NCBI GenBank assembly: GCA_030324005.1
Contig: JARDVH010000059.1
Span: 68,379,957-68,443,956 of the forward strand
Direction of reading: 5' to 3'
Source of the DNA: Negaprion brevirostris
Lineage: Eukaryota
Length of the DNA: 64,000 bases
Of the stretch, positions 1-12,379 are shown one piece after another (within the stretch, counting starts at the first letter, position 1; every line of letters starts with the position of its first letter). The position numbers and the translations under genes were made by a program. The notes under the pieces were generated by a model, which saw only the letters and a list, made by a program, of their open reading frames with translations, had not been told where the DNA came from and made no database searches.

Positions 1-406
1 TGTTGCATCTAGTAGTATATCAATCAATGGAGTTTGAGAAGACATTACTCAACTTATAATTAAGAGGTTGTTTCAAATCTTACTACATGTTTACAAATAG
101 TATCACTTCATTATTCTAACTGTGATTGCTTGTCATGTGTGCAATTCTCAATATAGATTCAATCAGTGCAAATCTAAGCCACAGTGTGCATTTTGGGTAT
201 CAATATCTTGGCAAAATAAATTTAAATGATCTATACTGTGAGAAGTGTGCAATATCTTAATAATTATATATAGCTTTTAAAACTGCATCACTCCAGCAAT
301 CATCCAACTCTGAGAGCAGGAAAGGAACCATTTACACTTGTGTCATAATTTAGCAAATACATTCTGCAAGTTTCTGTCAGTCTGTGGTAAGATTGTTGGT
401 GGTTTA

Positions 407-615
407 CTAATTCCAAGGTCTGTAGCCATCGTTGTGCAGTACAGTGACTCCTGGGGTCGCTCGGTAGGGGCTACTTTCCCCTATGTATGGATTCTGTGGG
501 GCCAATGACTCCTCACTCGAATTGTAAAGATAATCTCCATCCAGAGTGTCTGTCTGATTGGTTGGCACACGGTGCAATTCCTGGGTGGCATCAACATCTA
601 CCTGGAGCCTCTCAT
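407..615 (-). CDS. Candidate terminal coding exon of an unidentified gene (Tyr-rich, acidic, cytoplasmic-tail-like peptide)
   Basis: Minus-strand acceptor ccttcattcgttaatcag, then a phase-1 open frame xERLQVDVDATQELHRVPTNQTDTLDGDYLYNSSEESLAPQNPYIGESSPYRATPGVTVLHNDGYRPWN ending in tandem TAG TAA. Visibly more GC-rich than its flanks. No upstream exons identified. Confidence 0.55.
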
Positions 616-1097
616 CTGATTAACGAATGAAGGTAGATGTTAGAAATAAAACACATTTCCCAGAGAAAGTAAATCAGCAATTTCAATCAGAGTGACTTGA
701 TTTTCTGTAGTCGGTAGTGTCATGATACTAGACACGTCAGACACCATTTTTTTTAAATTGCTATCACTTCTACAACTTGAGAGACAAAGTATTTCATTTT
801 GTTTTGTTCAATTTTGTCCCCTCCAACTTTGGAAACATTGACTCTTTCTGAAGTAGAGTTTCATATATGCCAACATCTCTCACAAGTGACTGTAGTTCAT
901 GGAAACCTAAACTATTATAAAGCTGGTTGGCCACAAAGGATGTAATAGACGAACCTAATTGCGGCTTCAGCTATGCACCTTGCACCAAAGATTGCTGAAT
1001 AACATGCAGCAATGGAAATCCTTTTCCTCATAATTAGGCTCATTTCCTAGTGGTAAGACTCAATTAAGCTCAGTTAACTTAGTACAACTATCTTGGG

Positions 1098-1263
1098 GGT
1101 AATTTTAACCTAGCTCTCTGGTTTTGTACTCTGCCCAGCTGTTCTGACCTCCTACTCACTCAACATCTATGCATGCACATCCTGCTGTATAGAATGCTAG
1201 AGAATGGCTTTCATACCAGTATTCCTGTAAAGTTCTCAATGGGAAGATTAGGTTAGAATTGCC
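1098..1263. mobile_element. Small MITE-like element with terminal inverted repeats
   Basis: Left end GGTAATTTTAACCTA vs reverse complement of right end GGCAATTCTAACCTA (13/15 identical); no coding capacity. Confidence 0.5.
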
Positions 1264-1464
1264 TTTCTGGTGTTACTGTTGTTGAATATAACAGTGTAAT
1301 GAAGCATATGTGGCAGCCAACTTGCTATCCTTAAAGCTAGACCCTGTTGATACTGCAAGGAAAGACAACACAATACTAAATCACATACGTGGGAAAATTT
1401 CAGGTTTGATTCCTGATTCAAACTGGGTTAACTGATCTTAGCCCAGGTTGCAAGAGTGCCAAGT

Positions 1465-3780
1465 ATTTACAACACAGAAACAGGCCATCTAGCTAACAGG
1501 TCCAAACCAGTGTTCAATACCACTCACCCTTCTCCATCGAAACCTATCAACATATTTCTTTATTCTTCCTCCATCATGTGTTTATCTAGCTTTCCCTAAA
1601 TGTATCTGTACTATTCACACCAACTGTTTCTTGTGATAGTCAGTTCCCTATACTAATCACTCTTTGGGTAAAAATATTTCTCCTGAATTCCCTCTTAAGT
1701 GACACTAAGTGAATTGCTCCTTTGGTGAGCTGGTACAGACATGATGGGGTGAATAGCCTCCTTCTGTGCTGTAATAATTCAGTGAATTAGTGACCAAGTT
1801 ACATTTATGATTACTAGCTCTGGTCTTTCCCTGTAAGTGGGGACATCTAAAAAGAAAATCTACTCTGTGGAACCCATTTATAATCTTAAAAGCTTTGCCT
1901 CATCCTTTGGTTTTCCCCTTTCTAAAGAAGACTCCCAAATTCTTAAATCTTATTTGATAGGTATAATCATTCAGTTGTGATGTCATCCTGTTAAATCTCA
2001 CACCACCTCCAGCATCCAAATTGTTCACAATACTCATCATGTGATCCAACCCAGGTTTTATATGGGTTTAAAACAATGTATTTGTTTTTGATTTATTTTC
2101 CTTTGGAAATGAATCCCACAAGTGTCTTTGCTTTTTTATCGCCTTTTTAGCCTGATTAATTAGTGATTTGTATACCTATACCGCATTTCAACACTTATTT
2201 TCCGAAGATTATATGCCTTGTTATTCTTCGTATCAAAATGTATGACCACATATTTCAATTAAAATCTTTTTGCCAATTACACACTGGTTCTGCAATTTTA
2301 TTGCCTTCCTGTATTTTCTTTCTTTCCTATATTTTGACACAGTTTTCCTCTGTATTAACTGAACTTCCAACTTGCTTTCATCCACAACTTTGCAGCTTGT
2401 AATCCCTGAATGTAAATCATTCGTTTAAATGGTGAACAGCCATGGTGCCATCGTCCATCCTTGTGTTTTTTCATCACTTCCCACTTTTTTCAGCCTGAGT
2501 AACTACCTTTAACCCTTACTTTGTTTTCTGTTTCGTAGTCAACTTACTATCCATTCTGCATCATATCCTTTAACCCCACACAATCCTGACCTTAATCTTG
2601 AGCCCAACATGTGACACCTCAAAGGCTTTTTGAAAATGTAACTTTGTTCCCATTTATTGCATGATCCTCTTTTACCCCTTTCAATAAGATTGGTCAAATA
2701 TGATCTTTCCTTTTGTAATCCAATGCTGACTATTCTTTATGATATTTTCAGTTTCTAGATGGTTTTCTATTACATTTACGAGTAAGGATTCGATTAGCTT
2801 TCCTGTCAGCATTATTATACTAATTTCTCTATGATTCCCTGGACTTATTCTATTTCTCTATTTTGATTTGGGAATCAGAATAATAGGCCAGTTCTTTGAC
2901 AATATTCCCTTTTCTTATTCCAAGCTAGGGATTTTATCTTTCCTAAATTTGAGTAGTTTATCTATTATCACCCCTTTGCTATCCTAATTTTTTAAATGTA
3001 TTTTTGATCTCTTCTAATGGCCCCATGTTAGTATCCTTGCTAAATACTGAGGCAAAGTAATTATTTAATCTTGCTGTCATCTCACTATTATTGCCTGTAG
3101 GTTTATTGTGTATATCCCTTAGTGGTCACATCCCTATCCTGATGTTTTCTTCATTATTTATTTATCTTTAGAATATGTTACTCTTTCTCATTATATTCTT
3201 TTAACAGTTTCCCTTTACCCTCCTGTTTGTTTTCTTGACTTGTTTCCTAACTTTTTGGGGTTTTTTTCTCCCATCTTCTCCTTTCCCGTTTAGTGTATGC
3301 TTTTTCTTTAGTTTCAATGTCGCCATTATTTCTTTCTCCAACCTGCCGTATCATTGGATTGTTTTTGCTTTTTATTGGAACTTATTTCTTCTGGACTCTC
3401 ATGCTTCTTTCTTTGCCAGTAAGGTTTCCAGCATCATTTTCCTAGTTCCATTCTCACCTCAGTAAAATTAGTCTTTTCTCCCCCAACTTATTACTTTGGT
3501 TTTAGCCTTACATGACTTCTTCTCAAAATCAATCTCAAACCTTATTATGTTGTTATTGCTATTGCCTAGATGTTCCCCTATATTTACTTCTTTTATCTAT
3601 TCTAATACATTTCCTGTTTCTAGACCCAACAATGATCCCTCTTGTTTTTTTTTTAACATGCTGCACAAGAAAAATTCCTGCACATATCCTGAAATCTCTA
3701 TTACTATACCTCTTTCACTAACTCATTTTTCCAAGCTCCCAATCATTCAAATATCCTTCTAGCTCATTTGTGAAGTGTAG
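1465..3780 (-). mobile_element. Long, heavily decayed CR1-type LINE remnant
   Basis: CR1-like 3' tail (ACAGAAACAGGCCAT...) at the left end followed by pyrimidine-rich antisense ORF2-like sequence with many stops; boundaries approximate. Confidence 0.6.
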
Positions 3781-4526
3781 TTACTTTGGACCATTAGGAT
3801 GCCAATGCTCTTGGGAAAACGAACAGGAAAAAGGGCTAAATTTATTGTATCATTCAGGAAATGAACCATGAATGACTGAGCAAGAATATTGGAGTAAAGC
3901 AGGAGGAAATGTATGTTATCCAACATCTCGGTGCCTTTGGAGAAATAAGAGCCCGTGTTTATAGCTCAGGAAGCAGAAGAGAAATAGCTGAAAAGAGAAA
4001 GTAAAAAAAAAATCTTGGAAAGACCTTAAGTGCCACTTCTATACAAGAGGCTTTGGTTTTTTTTATGATGTTCATCACATGCTGCTTATAGACATCACCA
4101 GACTGTACAACTGATGTAAGAGCCACTGGCAGGACAGGACAGTCCAAATCAACAAGTCAGCAGTTCTACAGTTCCAGTTCAAATTTATCAAAAAGCTCTA
4201 ATATGTTCAGGGTAGGGATGTACAAAGCTGTGCCAGCAATCTTACACAAATGTCATTTCCACAAAACCACATTCTTATAACAACTTATTCTTACATTCAG
4301 TGTAACAGACCCACATTGTTCTACTTTTGTACTATCTATACAGCCATTCTCCACAAAACATGATTTTTTTGGATCTGATTTATTTCATTGTTGTAACTGT
4401 GTATATCTGTAACTGCTTTTATTTAAGTGGCATCAACTAATGGAGCAGTAATGTATAAGGCAAGAGCAACATTTTCCTATGGGGAATTCTGAAAATCATG
4501 TATATGCCTCGCAAGCGATAATCATA

Positions 4527-4750
4527 ACATAAGAACATAAGAACATAAGAAATAGGAGCAGGAGTAGGCCATCTAGCCCTTCGAGCCTGCCCCGNNNNNN
4601 NNNNNNNNNNNNNNNNNNNNNNNNNNNNNNNNNNNNNNNNNNNNNNNNNNNNNNNNNNNNNNNNNNNNNNNNNNNNNNNNNNNNNNNNNNNNNNAGTACA
4701 AGCCTAGTTTATTCAGCCTCTCCTCATAGCTCAATCCCCTCAACTCTGGA
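4527..4750 (-). mobile_element. Young CR1 LINE 3' end spanning an N gap
   Basis: (ACATAAGA)n tail plus AATAGGAGCAGGAGTAGGCC; right of the gap the minus strand reads LRGLSYEERLNKLGLY, a typical CR1 ORF2 C-terminal motif. Confidence 0.85.
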
Positions 4751-5529
4751 TATTGGCGCTTGAAATGTTTTGCAGCAGCCTCACCATTCATCTTGGTTTT
4801 TAGCACAACTGTTTAGAGCACATTGTAGAAGAGAACATCACAATCAAACAATCTATATTAGTCTCTTTCTATTTAAAGAAATGCTGCTCATGATTTTCAT
4901 GTAGATCTCTAATATTTTCACCCTGTGCTTTTGATATGGGTGTTTCATGTTAGCACAAGTTTAGTTAGTAATAACAAATTCAAAATGTAAAATCCAGATG
5001 AGAAAAATATACCATGCAAGGACATAAACATCTCAGCTCAACTCTGCTGGCAGAATCACGGTGAAAGACACTGGTGATTTTCTAGCTGTTCTGGAGTATC
5101 CTGAGTCAAGATGGGGTGACTTCATTAGATGTCTTTCCACTTTGGTTGTAGATGGATAAGAGAGGGAAGGTAGTGCTGACCTCTGTTCATGCCATCACCA
5201 ACACTACCAGCCAGAAAGAATTTTTAATACCTCGCCTCATTTTCAGGGCAGTGAAAAGAAATAAAAATGGGACGATTTTAATGCAAATCAAGCCATGGTC
5301 CCTTTCATTTCTCTTTGCTATATATATGTGGCTGACATTTTGCACTGCACAGTCCCTTTAAGATTGCAGTGTGTTCATGAACTGTAACGGGAACATTGGT
5401 CGTATGCCTGTTTGTTCCCTGTTGGCAATCCAGGATGTGTCAATGTCCAAATCACTGGGTGCTGAAAGGTTGTGGAGAGAGGGGAATTCCCTCACTCACC
5501 CTGCCCCCTCTGAGGTCAGGAATCATGTT

Positions 5530-5816
5530 TATTCTTTATTCTTTCATGGGACGTGAGCATTGCTAGCAAGAACAACCCCTAATTGCTCTTGCAGTTAAGA
5601 GTTAACCACATTGCTGTGGGTATGGAGTCACATGTAAGCTAGACCAGATAAGGATGACAATGTCCATCAGGGAAGGAAATTTAATGACATTTACAACAAT
5701 CATTTCATGGTCTTCATTGGACTTTTATTGAACCTGATGGAATTTAAACCTGGATTCCCAGAACATACCCTGGTGTTCTGGATTACTAGTCTAGTGACAA
5801 TACCACTACGCTATTG
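5530..5816 (-). mobile_element. tRNA-derived SINE (second family)
   Basis: Minus-strand head GCGTAGTGGTATTGTCACTAGACTAGTAATCCAG with A/B-box-like motifs; homologous copies at 53670-54040, 55784-56080 and 19648-19808. Confidence 0.65.
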
Positions 5817-6649
5817 CGTACCTGTTTACTTGGTAAGGTGAACAAAAGCTCCACCTTGACCAATACCTAAATAAATTGTTTGAAGATAAACCTGGTCCCA
5901 CCAGAAATCTACTTTGGTTCAAAAGAATACCAAAATTGGTGTACAACTGACAGATTTGAAATAAAGCTGGCAAACCTACATCTGAAACTATAGGCATTCC
6001 TATCTGAAGACATTTGTGAGAGAAATGAATTATTTTACTTGCCTGCAAAAATTTTGTATAGCCCCAATACTGTGTTTCGTCATCCAGATCATGAGATCAC
6101 TAATGCAATTCATGTGCTGAACTACACTAATTGATATTAACCAGACGGCATTTGCTGTCTTACAAAACATTTGTCCTTATAATTGAAAAAATGAGGCAGA
6201 AGACTCCCTGCTCTTGATGCCTATTCAGTAGTGGAAAGTGTGTGTTTGTAAATGTCAGCTAGATTGGGCGTAGCTCATCTGTAATGTTCTTCATAGTTGA
6301 GTAGCCTGCCAATACTTTACGTGAAAACTCACAAATCAAGAACAGCAACTTAAACGAGTTGCAGCACGACAGTGGCTGCTGCTGCATCTCACCATAAGGC
6401 AAAGCAAGGTAACAGGAGCTGTGGAGGGGGGGGGGGGCAGGAAAAAGAGACCTATTAAGGGAAGGAAAAATTATTATTTGCAGATGCATTCAAGCTGCTC
6501 ATTGTAGGATTAAGTTTGATTGACAGCTGCGATGGAGTACAGGAATAAGGAGGTTATTTTCCAATGTGAAGGGGTGAAGATTAGTAGTGTTATTCCAAGG
6601 TACTGTGAGGTGCTTCCACCTCTATTTAGTGCTGCTGGCTACAAACTGG

Positions 6650-7125
6650 AACATAGAATCATAGAATGGTTACAGCACAGAAAGAGGCCATTCAGCCAGC
6701 TTTCTTTGCAGGAGATATCCAGCTAGTTGAACACCCTTTCCCTCGAGCCTTGTAGATTTTGTCTCTTCAGCAACTGGATTGCTTATTCAACTCCCTTATG
6801 AAATCCATGATTGAATCTTCCTCCATCTGTCAAGCAGTGCATTCCAACTCCTCAGCACTCACTATATCAAATAAGTTATGCCACATCCTGCTAATGGTTC
6901 TTTTGCCAATCACCTTAAATCAGTGTCCTCTAGTTCTTGATTCTTCTACCGCTGGGAATAGTTTCTCCCTGTCTACTCTGTTTAGATCATTTTCAACACC
7001 TCTATCAAATCTCCTCTTCTCAGAGAACAGCCCCAGCTCCTCCTAGCTATCCATGTAACCCATCCCTCAAACCATTTTTTGCACCCTCCCTAAAGCCTTT
7101 ATATCCTTCCTAAAGTACAGTGTCA
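6650..7125 (-). mobile_element. CR1 LINE 3' fragment
   Basis: CATAGAATCATAGAATGG tail followed by antisense ORF2 C-terminal sequence. Confidence 0.75.
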
Positions 7126-7159
7126 GTGTTTTATAAAGGTTCGTCAGAAGTGCTCTCAG

Positions 7160-8235
7160 GAACACATTTCAGTGAGGAGCTGAAGGAAATCAGTAATAGC
7201 AGAAAATTGGTTTTGGGGAAATTGATGGGATTGAATATGCAGATCAACACACCATCTACCTTCTTCACTACATCTGTAGGTCCTGATAATCTTCACTCCA
7301 GAGTAGCTAAGGAAATGGCCCTGGAAATAATAGATCCATTGGTGGTTATTTTCCAAAATTCTTTGGACTCTGGGCTGGTTCCTNNNNNNNNNNNNNNNNN
7401 NNNNNNNNNNNNNNNNNNNNNNNNNNNNNNNNNNNNNNNNNNNNNNNNNNNNNNNNNNNNNNNNNNNNNNNNNNNNNNNNNNNGGGGGCCGGCCCATGCC
7501 CAGGGGGCCCCGCCCCCCCCCCCCCCCCCCCGGCACCTGTATCCTGGGGGTCCCCAATTTAACCCCCTTCATTCCGATGGGGTCTCCTGCTAGTTCCCCG
7601 AACATGGAGAGCTAGTCTGAACCCTGCCAGAATGAAGTACTCCTGGCGCAGATTCGATCGGCACCTGCAAGTTCCTGATAATGATCTGCTAAACATATTT
7701 AAAATACATTTTTAAAAGATTCAAATGACTTATCTGCCGTCCCGCCAGTTTTCAGCGTGGTCTGATTGGCGACTGTTCGCCAGTCCTAGGAGATGCTCAT
7801 GCATTCCCGGCATATGCACAAATCCCGGTACAAGGCCAGTGACATGCATCTCCCACCTTGACCCACCAGAACAGTTGCGGGTCACAATGGGAGAATTGTG
7901 GCCAATGTTCCCTATGGTGGGGGAGTCCAGAACGAGGGGTCATGGTTTGAGGATAAGGGGTAATCCTTTTAGAGCTGTGGTGAGGAGAAATTTCTTCATC
8001 TAGTGGGTAGTGAATGTGTGGAATTCACTACCACAGAATGTAGTTGAGGCCAAAACATTGTCTGATTTCAAGAAGAAATTAAGTAAAGCACTAAAGGCTA
8101 AAAGGGTGAAGGGAAATGGGGGAAAGGGGGTTCAGGATATTGAATTTGATGATCAGCCATGATCAAAATGAATGGCAGAGCAGGCTCGAGAGGCCTAACG
8201 GCCTATTCCTGCTTCTAGTTCCTATGTTTCTATGT
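7160..8235 (+). mobile_element. CR1 LINE fragments interrupted by a gap and a GC-rich non-autonomous DNA element (~7484-7903)
   Basis: GPDNLHSRVAKEMALEIIDPLVVIFQNSLDSGLVP (CR1 ORF2) left of the gap; MFPMVGESRTRGHGLRIRGNPFRAVVRRNFF and a CCTATGTTTCTATG tail on the right; inserted element ends GGGAGAATTGTGGCC. Confidence 0.75.
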
Positions 8236-8448
8236 AAACCTCTTTTCAAATGTGGATGTGGGATAGAGTTGGACACCTTGGCCCCAGAACCAGACCTTAC
8301 ACAGCCATGTGATGGGCAAGTGTTGTGGGCTCATTAAAGGGTCCATATCAGATCTCTGGGACTTTGTCCCAATTGTAATTAGAGCAGTTAGGCCCTCTAG
8401 CTTCAACTCAGTCCCCACAGCCCTTTATACCTCCCATACCAACTCCAT

Positions 8449-8562
8449 GACGAAGATTTTCCAGTCCTGCCAATGATAGGCATTGTCATGGGCAAGACAG
8501 GAAAATTTGGAGAGCCACCAAAACTTTTGTCCTACTGTTGGCAGGGCTGAAAAATTCTGCCC
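8449..8562. mobile_element. 114-bp MITE-like element
   Basis: Left ATTTTCCAGTCCTGCCAA vs reverse complement of right ATTTTTCAGCCCTGCCAA (16/18); right terminus reads GGGCAGAATT on the minus strand. Confidence 0.6.
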
Positions 8563-9419
8563 AATAGCAATTCATTGTCCTTTCATTCCCATTCACCCAG
8601 TACGCATTTTGTATATAATCAATGATACATATAATAACAACAATAGCAAGTGTGGAACTGAAAAGAAAACACCTATTCAAATATGTTCTTTGAAAAATAA
8701 CTGTTGTTTTTATGATGCCATAAAAGGGTCCATCAGGCTGATCATTAAAGTAGCAGTAACAAAGGATTAAACATTCACACCTTTTAAATGTATGCAAATT
8801 AACATGGAGACATTGACAGAAAAGATCACAGAAATAAATTCTAACCACTTAAAGATGTCAGTCAAGCAGAGTCAACAACTCAATTCAATTGTTGAAACAG
8901 ATCCCCTGCTGACTTAATGATTTTAGTGGTCTCAACTCAACCTAGCATGCAATTTTTCCTGAGTAGTTCCACACTTGCCATTGTTTCCCCATATCCAATG
9001 AGTGATATAATTAATGCATACTGGGCATGGAAGGGGCATGGGTTGACATGGAGAGTTTGGAGGGTCAGGAGTGACTGAGGATTATGGGTAAGACCTTTAA
9101 ATTTCACCTATCAAACAATTCCAATTCCAACTATGGTCCAGACGCCTCTGAGAAACCATAAACCCATGATGAAGCTGGTCTGACTCCACAAAAACCATGG
9201 GGTTGGGGCAGCAGAAATTGCTAGAAATGCTTACCCTACAATGGACCTGGTTAGTTTAGGAGTCCATGTTGTGGGCTCACTCCCTGACCCCTTTTCCACA
9301 CTGGCAAAAATTTCCAGTGCCAGGAACAGATCTGGGAATCCCAGAAATGGCTCTCTACCTGCCATTCTTACATAGCTCCAGAGTCATCCCAACTTCACAA
9401 AAGTCTGACCCTCTGCTAC

Positions 9420-9985
9420 ATACATGAAGTTCAGGATTTCATATACCTCAGTTTCCCTGCTCCTGCATCCCCTTCAGAATTATATTCTTTATTTTATATA
9501 AATATAAGTATATCACCCCTACCAAAATATAACACTTTACTCCACGCTGCATTAAATCTATCTGCTATATGCCTACCTATTACCCCTTGAAATCTAAGAC
9601 TATCTTCCTCACAGTTCACAATGTTTCCAAGTTTTGCCTCTCTCTTTGCAGATGTTGGCATTGTATCCTGTACACCCAAGCCTAGATTAATGAAAATCAA
9701 GAAGAACAATTTCCTAATCTCAACCATTTGGGATCCTGCCTGTAAACTTTCCAAGACTCAAAAACAACTGTTCACCACTATTCTGTTTCCTGCTACACAA
9801 CCAATTTTGTATTGACACTGCCACTGCTCCTTTTATTCCACGGACTTCAGTTCTGCAGACAAAGCTGAAATGTGACACTTTATCAAATGCCTTTTGGAAG
9901 TCCATATACACCATATCAAATGTAACACCCTCATCAGCCCTCTCTGTTACTTCATTAGAAAATCCAAATCAAATTAGTTGAAAAC
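9420..9985 (-). mobile_element. CR1 reverse-transcriptase fragment
   Basis: VYMDFQKAFDKVSH and AKLGNIVNCEEDSLRFQG motifs in the minus-strand ORFs. Confidence 0.85.
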
Positions 9986-11769
9986 AGATTTTACGGCCTC
10001 GTCTCAAAGCTATAAAATCCCACTCAAGGTCAACGGACCTTTCTATGGTCTGCCCCTTGCCCGCTCTGATTCCCATGGTGGGCAGGGCAGTAAAATTCCT
10101 GCCTTTGCCTTCAATAAGTCTGCGCTGGCTTCCCCTAATTATTACAAATATGTACAAGTGACGGTTAATTTTTTGTCCTGGATTATCATTTCTGAAAGTT
10201 TTCCCACTATTGGGTTAAACTAGTTGGCCTTTCATAACTTGGTTTATCCTTCTGTCTGTCACAGCTGTACTTTTCCAGTTTCTCTGGCACTTGCCACTCA
10301 TCCTAATCTCCAAACGAAAACTTTGCCTACAGTGCTGCAACCTGTAGTCAGAACAACTGCAGCTTTCTCCAAGCACATAACACTCTGAGCCACTTCTGCA
10401 TACTTGCATGAATCCAATGTGATTTAATGTAAACTGATGCAGCAGCTCAGTTGGCTGGGAGGAAAGAAAAGATCGGGGGAGTCTACTACTGCATTGACCA
10501 AACAAACGCAACAAGAAACACATTGAGTGCTAAGAGTAGAGATGGAACAAAATATATTGCACACAGGCTCAGAATACTGCCCTTCACTCATCTACTAGCA
10601 AAAAGAGAGAAACAAACATCAGAAAGATGTGAAGATATAAGCTCCTGTGTGATGAGTTCTAAGTAAAAATTGCAATGATTTTCCAATTTGATAACAATTT
10701 TCCCAATGGAGACTTGGAAATAATGGCATTGTAGAAATTTGTCCTGGCATATTTCATTCAGGTGCCACCTTCTTGTCCTATCTCTATTGTATTCCCAGAA
10801 CAGCAGTTACGCTAATTACAGGTTCCCAGGATAGAAACACAAGATGAATGAAGTGCAAAAAGGGAGGGTTAACAGTAACAAGTGTACTTCGAAAGGTGTG
10901 AATCTGCAGAGATTTCAAGGACAAAATACCATGAAGATGTTGATAATGTGGAGGAGGAAGAGGAAATAGCTGACATTTGCAGGAATATTAAATTACTGTA
11001 AAGCAGGGAATGTTTTTCAAAAAATCGTGACAGGAAAGTTAAAAAAGCTTTGTTAGGAATTAAAATATATTTTAACAAATAAGCTTTTATTAAGCTACAT
11101 TTGTATTTAGTTTTGTTCTTCAAGTTAACTTGTGTTTAAAGGTAAAATTTATGAGAAGTTTCCAATTTGCAGAACCAGATATGCATTTACAAAGGTGACA
11201 TATCTGTACTTTGTGGGAGGCTGGGGGGTGGGGTGGGAGCAGGGTGTGGCGGGATCATTCAAGAACACTGCCCTTCATTCAAAAAGAAAGAGACAAACAT
11301 CAACTTCTGCAGGTGGACCATAAACTCAAATGAAAAACACTTTTTTGTCTACCTGAAACCTGCTTTGTCTTTCAGGACAAGGACTGAGTGTTGCCAGCTG
11401 GCAAATTCCAAGGTCCAGCAATGTTGAGGGATACACTCCAGAGTGCCACATACTGGATTAAAAGAAGTTGAACTGTTCTGCACTTGACATAACAGTTCAA
11501 ATCTGGCATTACATAACTTACTTAAACCAGTCTAGAACAAGCCAGCACTTAAAAATTGAGGGTTCAACATGATGTGGAAATGGGATATTTCAAAAGCGGG
11601 GTGAACTTTTTAAAGTGAATTATTTGTTGGTAATAGAGTGAGAATTTTTCACATGACATTCATTTCTTGAGATCAAAAAGTTGATCAATTTATTCTTATT
11701 TAATCTTTATCTTAAGGACATCAAGGTGAGGAATGGTTAACACTGAGAGAAATGCAATACTGACCCAAT

Positions 11770-12090
11770 TTCAACTATCTAAAAATGCAGCACATATAAT
11801 GCAGTAAAATGGCCCAAAGGAGTTTCTCAAAGGAGCATTATTAAACAAAATCGAATACTGAGCCATCTAAAGAGACACTGGTACAGATGACCAAAAACTT
11901 GGTCAAAGAGGTAGGTTTTAAGGACCATCTTTAAGAAGGCAAGAGATATAAAGAGCTTTAGAAAGGGAATTCAAGAGCTTACAGTCTGGGGAGCTGCCAA
12001 TGGTAAAGCTATAAAAAAACAGGAATGTAAAGCAGACCAGAATTGGAGGAGTATCAAGATCTTAGAGTTTAGATTGCAGGACTAGAGGCA
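11770..12090 (-). mobile_element. L2-like LINE 3' fragment
   Basis: GGTCAAAGAGGTAGGTTTTAAGG...GGGAATTCAAGAGCTTA resembles the antisense 3' region of L2-type elements (recognised from memory). Confidence 0.5.
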
Positions 12091-12379
12091 CTCAGTTATT
12101 TCAGCTATTCTGTCAGTATCAAGCAATCCCAGGAACAGTGTAGTACAGAGTAAAGCACCCAATGCTTTGCTAAATCCCAATCACAAAAGATAACCTTTCA
12201 TTAAAAATGTAATGTCTTCCACAACAGTCTCACTTTCTGAGATTGTTAGTTTAGTGTAACATTAATTTGATGTAACATTCAGGACAATTTTGTGTTGTGT
12301 GTCATTAGAAGCTGAATTAAGACCGACTAAACTGGTTTCACTTCTGCTATTTCATCCATTCACTCTGTGCTGAATTTAA

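Noticed and set aside
3959-6048. Possible upstream exons for the 407-615 orphan exon (4024-4147, 24-nt 4785-4808, hydrophobic 5231-5317, 5821-6042)
   Set aside because: Each has some splice-like signal, but none shows a recognisable domain or Box1/WSxWS motif; indistinguishable from chance.
10404-11460. Exon-like pieces at 10404-10454 (minus), an acidic stretch at ~10910-11000 and 11376-11461 (plus)
   Set aside because: Short, no homology recognised, and no consistent strand or phase chain.
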